Source: a virus (lineage: Duplodnaviria > Heunggongvirae > Uroviricota > Caudoviricetes). From it: a stretch of DNA of 41,949 nucleotides. The notes below the pieces were generated by a model. It searched no databases. It saw only the letters and a program-made list of their open reading frames with translations, and was not told where the DNA came from. Where the stretch lies: the IMG/VR virus record IMGVR_UViG_2558860473_000005, positions 1-41,949 of that record. One strand, given 5' to 3'. The translations under genes and the position numbers were made by a program. Every line of letters starts with the position of its first letter. Position 1 is the stretch's first letter. Below are positions 17,829 through 27,540 of this stretch, one piece after another.

Positions 17829-18330
17829 TAACAGGTAAGAGCATTCTCCCTTATGGGGCTTGGCTTAAATGCACCGAGTGCTCTTAGCGTTGTGGCAGCA
17901 CAACGATAGTTTTCGTCAGAGTTGGCGACTTTGCGGTTTTTTAGAAACTGACCACAAAGATAAATGCAAACGATGATGTTGTTCTGATGGCGGCGTAATA
18001 GCCTGTAAGTCAGCAAGGTCTTCCGACTCCTTGTAAACAAATTCGGCGCACTGGCCCGGTGTGATTAATAATGGGCACACAACAGGTAAGAGCATTAAAG
18101 AACTGGCAAAGAGCTTAACGGTCTGCGAAAGCATTTCTTAGTGGCACAACTGGCCGGTACAACTGAGTGCTCTTTCCGGTGTGGTGAATGCGCAGGCTGA
18201 TGCGCGCAGGAGAGCTTCGGAAGAACAAGGTGCCTGTATACAAGCCGGAGATCAGCGCCGGCCACCACAGCCAAATCCACCCAGAGTAAAACCGTTGTTC
18301 ATCCTTACCATTCCCTCAGTATTTTGGGCT
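17829..18330 (+). repeat. Tandemly duplicated, diverged ~250-bp unit in the late leader, marked by AACAGGTAAGAGCATT direct repeats (17830-17845, 18081-18096)
   Basis: 16-bp perfect direct repeat 251 bp apart; each unit carries a GAGTGCTCTT...GTTGTG-like segment. Confidence 0.5.
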
Positions 18331-18427
18331 ACAACCCTCAGCCCATTTTTTAAAGCGTACTTCCACCAAGAACCAGACCTAACCAACTCATTGCTGACAC
18401 TCTGTTGATACGGTGGTCTAGTGCGCT

Positions 18428-18460
18428 TTAAAAAAAGAAAACCCAGCATCAATGGCTGGG
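18428..18460 (-). terminator. Minus-strand intrinsic terminator-like hairpin in the late leader
   Basis: CCCAGC-atcaatg-GCTGGG preceded on the + strand by an A-run, i.e. hairpin plus U-run on the minus strand. Confidence 0.4.
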
Positions 18461-18623
18461 CTTCGTGATATGAGCGGCATGTATTGTTGGCGCAATCCAC
18501 GCCTGATTTGCTCATGAATGCGGTCACGAACAAACCCGTTACAAATCAACCGTAACCCGGATTTGTTCAAGCGACCATATCCATAATTCCTAATTTGAAC
18601 AGATCCCCTTCTGGGGGTAAGAC

Positions 18624-18947
18624 ATGAAGATGCCAGAAAAAAATGACCTGTTAGCCGCCATTCTCGCGGCAAAGGAACAAGGCATCGGGGCAATCCTTGC
18701 GTTTGCAATGGCGTACCTTCGCGGCAGATATAATGGCGGTGCGTTTACAAAAACAGTAATCGACGCAACGATGTGCGCCATTATCGCCTGGTTCATTCGT
18801 GACCTTCTCGACTTCGCCGGACTAAGTAGCAATCTCGCTTATATAACGAGCGTGTTCATCGGCTACATCGGTACTGACTCGATTGGTTCGCTTATCAAAC
18901 GCTTCGCTGCTAAAAAAGCCGGAGTAGAAGATGGTGGAAATCAATAA
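18624..18947 (+). CDS. S: Holin S (lambda S107/S105), 107 aa
   Basis: [39 protein letters not shown]... essentially lambda S by recall, incl. dual-start motif. Confidence 0.9.
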   Translation: MKMPEKNDLLAAILAAKEQGIGAILAFAMAYLRGRYNGGAFTKTVIDATMCAIIAWFIRDLLDFAGLSSNLAYITSVFIGYIGTDSIGSLIKRFAAKKAGVEDGGNQ

Positions 18948-19407
18948 TCAACGTAAGGCGTTCCTCGATATGCTGGCGTGGTCAGAGGGAACTGATAACG
19001 GACGTCAAAAAACCAGAAATCATGGTTATGACGTCATTGTTGGCGGAGAGCTATTCACTGATTACTCCGATCACCCTCGCAAACTTGTCACGCTAAACCC
19101 CAAACTCAAATCAACAGCAGCCGGACGTTACCAGCTTCTTTCCCGTTGGTGGGATGCCTATCGTAAGCAGCTTGGCCTGAAAGACTTCTCTCCGAAAAGT
19201 CAGGACGCTGTGGCACTGCAACAGATTAAAGAGCGTGGCGCTTTACCGATGATTGATCGCGGTGATATTCGTCAGGCTATCGACCGTTGCAGCAATATCT
19301 GGGCTTCACTGCCGGGGGCTGGTTATGGTCAGTTCGAGCATAAGGCTGACAGCCTGATTGCAAAATTCAAAGAGGCTGGCGGAACGGTCAGAGAGATTGA
19401 GGTATGA
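18931..19407 (+). CDS. R: Endolysin R (lytic transglycosylase), 158 aa
   Basis: Near-identical to lambda R by recall. Confidence 0.9.
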   Translation: MVEINNQRKAFLDMLAWSEGTDNGRQKTRNHGYDVIVGGELFTDYSDHPRKLVTLNPKLKSTAAGRYQLLSRWWDAYRKQLGLKDFSPKSQDAVALQQIKERGALPMIDRGDIRQAIDRCSNIWASLPGAGYGQFEHKADSLIAKFKEAGGTVREIEV

Positions 19408-19841
19408 GCAGAGTCACCGCGATTATCTCCGCTCTGGTTATCTGCATCATCGTCTGTCTGTCATGGGCTGTTAATCATTACCGTGATAACGCCATGACCT
19501 ACAAAGAGCAGCGCGATAAAGCCACATCCATCATCGCTGATATGCAGAAGCGTCAACGTGATGTAGCAGAACTCGACGCAAGATACACAAAGGAGCTTGC
19601 TGATGCTAACGCGACTATCGAAAGCCTCCGTGCTGATGTTTCTGCTGGTCGTAAGCGCCTGCAAGTCGCCGCCACCTGTGCAAAGTCAACGACCGGAGCC
19701 AGCAGCATGGGCGATGGAGAAAGCCCAAGACTTACAGCAGATGCTGAACTCAATTATTACCGTCTCCGAAGCGGAATCGACAGGATAACCGCGCAGGTTA
19801 ACTACCTGCAGGAATACATCAGGACGCAATGCCTTCGATGA
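19404..19841 (+). CDS. Rz: Spanin inner-membrane subunit Rz, 145 aa
   Basis: N-terminal TM segment and coiled-coil periplasmic domain; N-terminus matches lambda Rz. Confidence 0.85.
   Translation: MSRVTAIISALVICIIVCLSWAVNHYRDNAMTYKEQRDKATSIIADMQKRQRDVAELDARYTKELADANATIESLRADVSAGRKRLQVAATCAKSTTGASSMGDGESPRLTADAELNYYRLRSGIDRITAQVNYLQEYIRTQCLR
19597..19788 (+). CDS. Rz1: Spanin outer-membrane lipoprotein Rz1, embedded in the +1 frame of Rz, 63 aa
   Basis: Lipobox LVVSAC followed by a proline-rich segment; entirely inside Rz. Confidence 0.8.
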   Translation: MLMLTRLSKASVLMFLLVVSACKSPPPVQSQRPEPAAWAMEKAQDLQQMLNSIITVSEAESTG

Positions 19842-20280
19842 TAGCGATAATTCTACTCATCATCCTTCACATCTGGCTCTGTAGACAGGGTGGTGATCAC
19901 TTCTGGAGTGAATCCAGATTAAACATCTCATTGCTGATGCTTGAAGTTAAGCATATGGCGCGCGGCAAGGGGCTGCGTTGAGATAAGAGCCAGTTCATTA
20001 CAAAGCCTATCTACGGGTGGGCTTGATAATGAAACCGGAATTTATTCTGGGTAACCAGTTACGGCAGTACAGCGAAACAACCCAAGCCAGAAAGTGGGGA
20101 AATAACACTGGCAGCCACTGAAAGATGAACCTCCAGCCTTATGGCAAAAAAGATTCTTTGTGGTGGCGGACTGATGGAAAGACATCGGATAGAATAAAAC
20201 AGTGGCTAGGGTAGCTGCCGAAAAGCGGAATCGTCACCGCCTGCCACTGAATCTATGACGAACAACTAGACGAGGTTGTG

Positions 20281-20442
20281 ATGAAAAAGTTTATGCAGGC
20301 ATTGGCTATTATCTTAGGAGTTGATACTGCTAGAAATAGTGTCGCTGAGGATGTGATTCTTTCTGAATTGGAAAGAGAATACCGCCTTAACACCTTACAA
20401 ATTAAAATTCTTAAAGATATTTCAACTTTTGGTCGCTACTAG
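20281..20442 (+). CDS. Small hypothetical protein, 53 aa (MKKFMQALAIILGVDTARN...)
   Basis: Hand-translated; GAGG-type RBS upstream; AT-rich; below the ORF-track size cut-off. Confidence 0.4.
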   Translation: MKKFMQALAIILGVDTARNSVAEDVILSELEREYRLNTLQIKILKDISTFGRY

Positions 20443-20452
20443 AGTTTGGATT

Positions 20453-20617
20453 ATGAGTAAAGATCCGAAGGAAGGTGTTGAATACATCACTGGTGCTGAT
20501 GGTGTGAAAAGGCCAATGGCTTATTACAAAGCGGCTGAAGAGAGGGCAAGAATGGAAAATACCCCCAAATGCGGATCATTTTTCGACATGCTGAACCTTC
20601 AACAATGCAAGTTGTGA
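20453..20617 (+). CDS. Small hypothetical protein, 54 aa (MSKDPKEGVEYITGADGVKRP...)
   Basis: Internal ATG of track ORF 20429..20617, 10 nt after the upstream ORF stop; followed by a terminator. Confidence 0.4.
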   Translation: MSKDPKEGVEYITGADGVKRPMAYYKAAEERARMENTPKCGSFFDMLNLQQCKL

Positions 20618-20625
20618 ACAACTAA

Positions 20626-20650
20626 CAGGTCGCTCAGGCGGCCTTTTTTA
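20626..20650 (+). terminator. Rho-independent terminator after the two-gene mini-cassette
   Basis: Hairpin GGTCGC-tcag-GCGGCC followed by TTTTTTATT. Confidence 0.5.
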
Positions 20651-20756
20651 TTGCCATCACAAAAGCCATTCCCTACAGAGTGGCTTTGATAATGGCTTAT
20701 ACCCTACACGGGATAACTTAACTGATATCCCTTTTAACGGATAAATGGAGCCAACA

Positions 20757-20999
20757 ATGGCAGAGATTATTCCCATGACTGAAGAACAGAAATTCCAGTT
20801 AGAGATTTACAAACTGGTCATGAACCAGAACGCAGCCGCAGAAGAAGCATTTCAGTTCATTGGCACTGACGAGCTGAAGCTTGAGCTATTCAAAATTCAC
20901 TTCCAGTCAGGCGGCGCTAATTCAGATATCACGACCCGCACAATCGAAGCGGTGCGTAAATCGAAGGAAGCGTTAGACCTGTTCACTACCGGAGCATAA
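20757..20999 (+). CDS. Hypothetical protein upstream of the terminase genes, 80 aa
   Basis: GGAG RBS 6 nt upstream of the ATG at 20757 (track ORF starts at 20745). Confidence 0.5.
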   Translation: MAEIIPMTEEQKFQLEIYKLVMNQNAAAEEAFQFIGTDELKLELFKIHFQSGGANSDITTRTIEAVRKSKEALDLFTTGA

Positions 21000-21001
21000 A
21001 C

Positions 21002-21442
21002 ATGGCGCGCCCAACGAAGTATCAAGAGGCGTATGCCGAACAGGCACGCAAACTGTGCTTGCTGGGCTATACAGACGCCGAACTCGCGGACTTCTTTGAA
21101 GTTAGCGAGGCAACAATCAACAATTGGAAATTGGAATATCCGGAGTTTTTAGAGTCCATAAAAAAGGGTAAGGCCGTCGCTGATGCAGAAGTTAGTGATC
21201 GTCTTTATCAACGCGCTATGGGCTTCGTGGCTCCAGACATCGATATTCGTGTTATTGAAAACAGAATTGTCGAAACTCCGCTTGAGAAGTATTACCCGCC
21301 TGATACAACCGCCGCCATCTTCTGGCTTAAGAACCGACAGAAGGATAAATGGCGCGACAAGGTTGATCACGAGCTAACAGGCAAAGACGGCGGCGCAATT
21401 CAGATTGAAACATCACCGATGAGCACTCTATTCGGAAAATGA
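21002..21442 (+). CDS. Terminase small subunit (Sf6 gp1-like), 146 aa
   Basis: C-terminal GKDGGAIQIETSPMSTLFGK matches the Sf6 small terminase by recall; directly precedes the large subunit. Confidence 0.8.
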   Translation: MARPTKYQEAYAEQARKLCLLGYTDAELADFFEVSEATINNWKLEYPEFLESIKKGKAVADAEVSDRLYQRAMGFVAPDIDIRVIENRIVETPLEKYYPPDTTAAIFWLKNRQKDKWRDKVDHELTGKDGGAIQIETSPMSTLFGK

Positions 21443-22854
21443 CCTCGATTAATCCTATCTTTGAACCGTTCATTGAGGCGCATCGCTACAAAGTTGCCAA
21501 AGGCGGTCGAGGTAGCGGTAAGTCATGGGCAATTGCGAGGCTGCTTGTTGAAGCGGCGCGTCGGCAGCCTGTGCGTATTCTCTGCGCTCGTGAACTGCAA
21601 AACAGTATCAGCGATTCGGTAATCCGGTTGCTTGAAGATACCATCGAGCGTGAAGGGTATTCGGCTGAGTTTGAAATTCAGCGTTCAATGATTCGTCATC
21701 TCGGAACGAATGCTGAATTCATGTTCTACGGCATCAAAAACAACCCGACGAAGATTAAATCGCTCGAAGGTATTGATATCTGCTGGGTGGAAGAAGCGGA
21801 GGCGGTAACGAAGGAATCATGGGATATCCTGATACCAACCATCCGTAAGCCGTTCTCTGAAATATGGGTGAGCTTTAACCCGAAGAACATCCTCGACGAT
21901 ACCTATCAGCGATTCGTCGTAAATCCTCCTGATGATATTTGTCTGCTGACGGTGAACTACACCGACAACCCGCACTTTCCTGAAGTTCTCCGTCTGGAGA
22001 TGGAAGAGTGCAAACGCAGAAATCCGACACTGTATCGTCACATCTGGCTTGGTGAGCCGGTAAGCGCAAGTGATATGGCAATCATCAAACGTGAATGGCT
22101 TGAAGCCGCAACCGATGCGCACAAGAAACTCGGATGGAAAGCGAAAGGCGCTGTTGTCTCTGCGCATGACCCATCAGATACAGGGCCAGATGCTAAAGGT
22201 TATGCATCGCGTCACGGTTCGGTAGTTAAGCGCATTGCCGAAGGTCTGCTGATGGACATCAACGAGGGTGCTGACTGGGCTACTTCGCTGGCGATTGAAG
22301 ACGGCGCTGACCATTACCTGTGGGATGGTGATGGTGTTGGTGCCGGGCTACGCAGACAGACAACGGAAGCGTTCTCCGGCAAGAAAATCACCGCCACGAT
22401 GTTCAAAGGCAGTGAATCGCCATTCGATGAAGATGCGCCGTATCAGACCGGAGCATGGGCTGATGAAGTCGTACAGGGCGACAACGTTCGCACTATTGGT
22501 GATGTGTTCCGCAATAAGCGAGCGCAATTCTATTACGCGCTGGCTGACAGGCTGTATCTGACATATCGGGCGGTTGTTCACGGTGAGTATGCAGACCCCG
22601 ACGACATGCTGAGCTTCGATAAAGAAGCGATAGGCGAGAAGATGCTGGAGAAGCTGTTTGCAGAACTGACGCAGATTCAGCGCAAATTCAATAACAACGG
22701 GAAGCTGGAGCTTATGACTAAGGTCGAAATGAAGCAGAAGCTCGGTATTCCATCTCCTAACCTGGCTGATGCGCTGATGATGTGCATGCATTGCCCGGAG
22801 TCGGCTGCGCAACCCGACTATTCCAGTTACTCAATTCCTTGTGGTGTAGGTTGA
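21439..22854 (+). CDS. Terminase large subunit (headful-packaging type, Sf6 gp2-like), 471 aa
   Basis: Walker A KGGRGSGKS, ATPase and nuclease domains; overlaps the small subunit stop. Confidence 0.9.
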   Translation: MTSINPIFEPFIEAHRYKVAKGGRGSGKSWAIARLLVEAARRQPVRILCARELQNSISDSVIRLLEDTIEREGYSAEFEIQRSMIRHLGTNAEFMFYGIKNNPTKIKSLEGIDICWVEEAEAVTKESWDILIPTIRKPFSEIWVSFNPKNILDDTYQRFVVNPPDDICLLTVNYTDNPHFPEVLRLEMEECKRRNPTLYRHIWLGEPVSASDMAIIKREWLEAATDAHKKLGWKAKGAVVSAHDPSDTGPDAKGYASRHGSVVKRIAEGLLMDINEGADWATSLAIEDGADHYLWDGDGVGAGLRRQTTEAFSGKKITATMFKGSESPFDEDAPYQTGAWADEVVQGDNVRTIGDVFRNKRAQFYYALADRLYLTYRAVVHGEYADPDDMLSFDKEAIGEKMLEKLFAELTQIQRKFNNNGKLELMTKVEMKQKLGIPSPNLADALMMCMHCPESAAQPDYSSYSIPCGVG

Positions 22855-22855
22855 T

Positions 22856-25054
22856 ATGGCAGAAAAAAAGATGAATGACTGGCATCGCAAGGTGCTGTGC
22901 AACTTTGATAATGCCTGGTCAGCAACGCAGGATATGCGTGAGCAGATTATTGAGGCTCAACGTTTCGTCCGGGTATCCGGCGCACAGTGGGAAGGCAGCA
23001 CAAACGCTGGTTACTCATTTGATGAAGGCAGGTTTGAGCATTATCCGCGCTTTGAGCTGAATAAGATTGCCCGTGAATGTGATCGCATCATTGGCGAGTA
23101 TCGACAGAATCGCATAAGCGTTAAATTCAGGCCGAAGGACGATAAGGCATCGGAAGCTTTAGCCGAAAAGATGAACGGCAAATTCCGCGCTGACTATCAG
23201 GAAACATCCGGTGGCGAAGCGTGTGATAACGCATTTGATGATGCTGTAACGGGCGGATTCGGTTGTTTCCGCATGTGTGCCGATTACGAAGATGAAATGG
23301 ACCCAAGTAACGAGCAGCGACGCATCAGCCTTCTTCCTGTTTACGACCCGGCGACATGCGTCTTCTTCGATCAGGACAGCAAACAATATGACCGCTCTGA
23401 TGCTATGTGGGCTATGGAAATGTTCTCCATGACGCCTAAAGCGTTCGAGGCTGAATACCCTGATTCCATCGCGGCAAGCCTTTCTCGTGATGACACTGGT
23501 ACTCAGTATGACTGGTCAACGCCTGACGCCATCTATGTTGGACGCTACTACGAAGTCCGCATAGAGAAGGTGAAGCTCACAGCATGGCGTAACCCTGTCA
23601 GCGGAGAAACGGCAATCTATGATGAAGAGCAAATCAAAGATATTGTCGACGAGCTGACCGATGGTGCATTCGAACTGATTGGCGAGCGAACGGTGAAGAA
23701 ACGCCGAGTTTATTGCGGTCTTCTGTCTGGCGCTGAATGGCTGGAAGAACCGAAGCGTATTCCGGGCGAACATATTCCTCTCATCCCGGTATATGGGCGT
23801 CGTTCATTTGTTGATAATCAGGAGCGAATCGAAGGCCACGCAGCAAAAGCGATGGATGCACAGCGTCTTGAGAACCTGATGGTTTCCATGATTGCAGATA
23901 ACGCTACTCAGGCTGGCGGCGATGGCATTCCTATCGTGGATGTTGATTTCATTCCCGGTCCATTAATGAATCACTGGGCAGAGAGGAATAAGAAAAGACC
24001 TGCAGTTCTTCCCATGACCAGCAAGAAGGACAAAAACGGAACGGTCATTTCAGAGGCTCAGGTTGCTGGCTGGACACCTCCGACACAAATGCCTCCTGCT
24101 CTTGCTGGGCTACTGCAGTACACCGGAACGGCTATTCAGCAAATTACAGGTGCGTCGCAGCTTGAGAACATGCCGAGCAACGTCGCTACCGATACCGTTG
24201 ATAGCATCTTTAACCGGATGGACACGCAGTCCTATATCTACATGGACAACATGGCTAAATCCATGCGCCGTGCTGGCGTCGTGTGGCTTTCTATGGCTCG
24301 TGAAGTCTATGGCAGCGATACGCCAATGCGCATCGTTAATGAGGATGGCAGCGATGACGTGGCGCTGATGACTGGTGAAGTGGTTGACCGTCAGACAGGG
24401 AAGGTTATCGCGCTTAACGACCTTTCGCAGGGTAACTATGAAGTGACTGTCGATGTCGGTCAGTCGTTCGCTACTCGCCGTGATGCAACGGTTAAGTCGT
24501 TGCTTTCCATGCTGGCACTTATCCCGCCAGGAACGCCGAAGCATGACCTTGTATCGTCGATGATTCTCGACAATATGGACGGCGAAGGGATGGACGACCT
24601 TAAAGAATACAACCGCAATCAGTTGCTTCTGTCTGGCGTTATTAAGCCGAGAACACCAGAAGAACAGCAAATGGTTGAGCAGGCGAAACAACAACAGGCC
24701 AGTCAGCCAGATCCGGCTATGGTTGCTGCGCAAGGTCAGCTTCTTGCTGGTCAGGCTGAATTGCAGAAAGCGCAGAACGAACAGGCAGCCATTCAGGTTA
24801 AAGCATTCCAGGCACAGACTGATGCTCAGGTTGCAGCGGCAAATGTTGTGAAAATCCTCGCATCTGCCGATAGCCAGCAGAAATCTGATATCCGCGAGGC
24901 TCTGAAACTGCTCGGACAGTTCCAGCAACAGCAAGGAGACAATGCCCGTGCTGATGCAGAGCTTGTCCTGAAAAGTCAGGCACAGGGCCATGCGCAGCAC
25001 ATGGACATCAGCAGCATCCTGCAAAAATCAACTCAGCAACAACCACAGCAGTAA
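22856..25054 (+). CDS. Portal protein (P22 gp1-like), 732 aa
   Basis: Size and conserved segments (GEHIPLIPVYGRRSFVD..., Q/A-rich C-terminal barrel) matching the P22 portal. Confidence 0.9.
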   Translation: MAEKKMNDWHRKVLCNFDNAWSATQDMREQIIEAQRFVRVSGAQWEGSTNAGYSFDEGRFEHYPRFELNKIARECDRIIGEYRQNRISVKFRPKDDKASEALAEKMNGKFRADYQETSGGEACDNAFDDAVTGGFGCFRMCADYEDEMDPSNEQRRISLLPVYDPATCVFFDQDSKQYDRSDAMWAMEMFSMTPKAFEAEYPDSIAASLSRDDTGTQYDWSTPDAIYVGRYYEVRIEKVKLTAWRNPVSGETAIYDEEQIKDIVDELTDGAFELIGERTVKKRRVYCGLLSGAEWLEEPKRIPGEHIPLIPVYGRRSFVDNQERIEGHAAKAMDAQRLENLMVSMIADNATQAGGDGIPIVDVDFIPGPLMNHWAERNKKRPAVLPMTSKKDKNGTVISEAQVAGWTPPTQMPPALAGLLQYTGTAIQQITGASQLENMPSNVATDTVDSIFNRMDTQSYIYMDNMAKSMRRAGVVWLSMAREVYGSDTPMRIVNEDGSDDVALMTGEVVDRQTGKVIALNDLSQGNYEVTVDVGQSFATRRDATVKSLLSMLALIPPGTPKHDLVSSMILDNMDGEGMDDLKEYNRNQLLLSGVIKPRTPEEQQMVEQAKQQQASQPDPAMVAAQGQLLAGQAELQKAQNEQAAIQVKAFQAQTDAQVAAANVVKILASADSQQKSDIREALKLLGQFQQQQGDNARADAELVLKSQAQGHAQHMDISSILQKSTQQQPQQ

Positions 25055-25144
25055 TTAACCCATAACGTGCAATGGCTGTCTTTATGAGGCCTGGCACCCT
25101 ATTGCCTTCCGATGGGCTGAACATCGAGTAAACAGGGGTAACAA

Positions 25145-26038
25145 ATGGACCAGATGGCAGAAAACACACCAGAAGTTGAAATCGAACCCGACGCGTCAGA
25201 GCAGATTCCTGATGATGTCGAACTGGCTGAAGAAGTCGAAAAAGCAGATGGCAGTGAGTCCTCAGGAAATGATGCAGAGGAAGCTACTGACACTGATGAC
25301 GACGAATCAGAACAGGAATTCTACTTTGGTGACGAAAAGCTGGATTCGCCAACCAGCGAAGATAGCGCAGAGCATGGACTGGTAAAACACCTGCGCAAGA
25401 CGATTAAAGAGAAAGACCGTGAGCTGAAAGAGCTGATGCGTCAGTCTCAGAAACCCGTCGAGCAGCAGCCGGTAATCACTCAACCACCGCGAATGCCAAA
25501 ACTGGATGATGAGGACATCGGTTTCGATGAAGAAATCTACCAGCAACGCATGGCTAAGTGGGCAGAGGATAACGGCAAGTACCAGCAACAGGAGATGGCT
25601 CGCAAGCAGAAGGAGCAGGAGCTTCAGGCTGCCTATCAAGAGCGATTATCCAAATATCAGCAACGTGTTAAGGCTCTCAAAGTTCCTGGCTATCAGGAAG
25701 CTGAGCAGGCCGTACTCGAGGAAATCCCCATCGAGACACAAAACGCGATCCTGTTTGAGTCAGAGAAGCCGGAAATCGTTGTTCTGGCACTCGGTCGCAA
25801 CGCTGAACTGCGCAAGCAACTGGCAGAAGCTACCAACCCCGTAGCAATTGGTCGTCTGCTGGAACGTATCGAATCGAAGGCCAGAATCATGCCAAAAGCA
25901 AAAACCACGGCAGCCACAACCCCGACAGTTAAGGGGAGCAACGGCGCAGTAATCAACAACCTCGGCAAATTGAAAGCCAAGGCGCTGGAAACTGGTGACT
26001 GGACGCCGTATTTCGCCGCTAAAAAGGCAAAAAAATAA
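25145..26038 (+). CDS. Scaffolding protein (P22 gp8-like), 297 aa
   Basis: Acidic N-terminus, helical Q/K/E-rich body, position between portal and coat. Confidence 0.8.
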   Translation: MDQMAENTPEVEIEPDASEQIPDDVELAEEVEKADGSESSGNDAEEATDTDDDESEQEFYFGDEKLDSPTSEDSAEHGLVKHLRKTIKEKDRELKELMRQSQKPVEQQPVITQPPRMPKLDDEDIGFDEEIYQQRMAKWAEDNGKYQQQEMARKQKEQELQAAYQERLSKYQQRVKALKVPGYQEAEQAVLEEIPIETQNAILFESEKPEIVVLALGRNAELRKQLAEATNPVAIGRLLERIESKARIMPKAKTTAATTPTVKGSNGAVINNLGKLKAKALETGDWTPYFAAKKAKK

Positions 26039-26056
26039 CCTATCGGAGCATTAAGC

Positions 26057-27310
26057 ATGGCTAACCAATTAGCAAAAGACCTTGAAATCATGTTCGAAAA
26101 CTACGTTGAAGGCTTTGAGGCCGCCTGCGTAGTTTCCCGTAACGCTAAAAAATTCCGTCCCGGTGATACAGCAATGCAGCGAGCAGGTGATGTTCTGTAT
26201 CGTCCGCAGCATTACCACATGAACATTGAGGAAGGCCTAGACCTCAGCGGCAAAACGCCAACAGCACTGGTTCAGCGCCTTGTTCCTTCTGTGTTCAAGG
26301 AACCGAAAAACATTCTGTACACTCTGGATGCGCGTGAAATGCGTGACCCGGAACATAAAACTGAAGCTGGTCGCGCCGCAGGTATGCGCCTTGCTGCACA
26401 GATTGACTCTGACCTGATTTCCATGGTTACGCAGCGTGCTACTAACGTGATCACGATGGCTGACTCAACCACTGGTTCACAGGGCCGTGATTTGTGGAAC
26501 TGTGCGGCAGGTATTGATGCCACCATGACGGCGATTGGTGTACCGCAGGGTATCAACCGTCGCTCTTTCTGGAACCCCTTCAACTACAAAGACCTTGCTG
26601 GCGAGCTTGGTCACCGTGCCTACGCTCAGGGCGCAACCCTGACAGCATACGAAAAAGCGCAGATCCCTCCGGTTGCTTCCTTTGATAGCTACAAGACTGA
26701 TATTTCTGGTCGTGTTCCGAAAGGGACAGCAACTTCCATTACGCTGGCAGCAGCACCTGCGCACAAAGTTGAAGCGAAAGATGCTAACGATATGCCAGTT
26801 GATAACCGACAGGGGACCATTACGGTATCTACTGAAGGTTTGCAGGTTGGCGATGCGTTTACCATTGCAGGGGTGAATTCTGTACACCAGATCACCAAAG
26901 ATACCACCGGGCAGCCGCAGGTATTCCGCGTTCTGGCAGTAAGCGGAACGACAGTAACTATCTCCCCGAAAATTCTGCCGCCTGACAACGCGGATGTCGC
27001 CAGCCGTCCATATGCAAACGTTGATGCTAATGCGGCAAGTAGCGCAGCAATCACCATTCTCAACAAAAATTCCGCACCGGCTAACCTGTTCTGGGCTGAT
27101 GGTTCTGTTGAACTGATGTACGGCAAACTGGCGTTCCCGACTGGTCAGGGTCCACAGGTAATGACAGCAACCACCGAGCAGGGCGCTACGCTGATCATGT
27201 CTTACGCCTTCGACCACATCAAAGGCGTAACCACTGCGCGTTTCACCACTCTGTACGGTTGCTCTGTACTGGTTCCTGAATATACGGGCATCGTTATTGC
27301 CGGGCAGTAA
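26057..27310 (+). CDS. Major coat protein (P22 gp5-like), 417 aa
   Basis: Size, position and similarity to P22/Sf6 coat proteins by recall. Confidence 0.85.
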   Translation: MANQLAKDLEIMFENYVEGFEAACVVSRNAKKFRPGDTAMQRAGDVLYRPQHYHMNIEEGLDLSGKTPTALVQRLVPSVFKEPKNILYTLDAREMRDPEHKTEAGRAAGMRLAAQIDSDLISMVTQRATNVITMADSTTGSQGRDLWNCAAGIDATMTAIGVPQGINRRSFWNPFNYKDLAGELGHRAYAQGATLTAYEKAQIPPVASFDSYKTDISGRVPKGTATSITLAAAPAHKVEAKDANDMPVDNRQGTITVSTEGLQVGDAFTIAGVNSVHQITKDTTGQPQVFRVLAVSGTTVTISPKILPPDNADVASRPYANVDANAASSAAITILNKNSAPANLFWADGSVELMYGKLAFPTGQGPQVMTATTEQGATLIMSYAFDHIKGVTTARFTTLYGCSVLVPEYTGIVIAGQ

Positions 27311-27315
27311 TTTAG

Positions 27316-27340
27316 GTGGGGCTTCGGCCCCATTTTTATT
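27316..27340 (+). terminator. Rho-independent terminator after the coat gene
   Basis: Hairpin GGGGC-ttcg-GCCCC followed by ATTTTTATT. Confidence 0.7.
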
Positions 27341-27351
27341 GGGAGAAGACA

Positions 27352-27540
27352 ATGGCACGAACAATGCTCTATAAGCCGGGCAACATGATCACCTGTGGTC
27401 AGTTTGCTGTCGATTACATCATTGTTGATGACGAAGAAGTTAAATCTCACCTGAAAAAAGGCTGGGTAAAAACTCCTGAAGAAACCGCAACGAAGCAAAA
27501 AGTGGCTAAGGCGGAAGAAGATGGCGAAAACGAAGGGTGA
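27352..27540 (+). CDS. Small hypothetical protein between coat and gp4-like genes, 62 aa
   Basis: GGAGAAG RBS; start at the internal Met (MARTMLYKPG) of track ORF 27316..27540. Confidence 0.5.
   Translation: MARTMLYKPGNMITCGQFAVDYIIVDDEEVKSHLKKGWVKTPEETATKQKVAKAEEDGENEG

Noticed and set aside
17702-18040. 112-aa minus-strand ORF in the Q-S leader
   Set aside because: Overlaps the tR' terminator and the lambda-like non-coding late leader; no RBS; adjacent overlapping ORFs in other frames suggest chance ORFs in non-coding DNA.
19842-20280. bor/lom-like moron or cos site after the lysis genes
   Set aside because: No ORF resembling Bor lipoprotein and no cos-like sequence recognised; the terminase is headful-type (Sf6/P22-like), so a cos site is not expected.
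22348-22812. 154-aa minus-strand ORF within the large terminase gene
   Set aside because: Antisense shadow ORF inside a strongly supported terminase coding sequence.
24110-25024. 304-aa minus-strand ORF inside the portal gene
   Set aside because: Antisense shadow ORF within a well-supported portal coding sequence; Cys/Leu/Arg-rich composition.
26477-27364. 295-aa minus-strand ORF inside the coat gene (and similar ORFs 26689..27126, 27202..27588)
   Set aside because: Antisense to the coat gene and terminator; no RBS; composition atypical.
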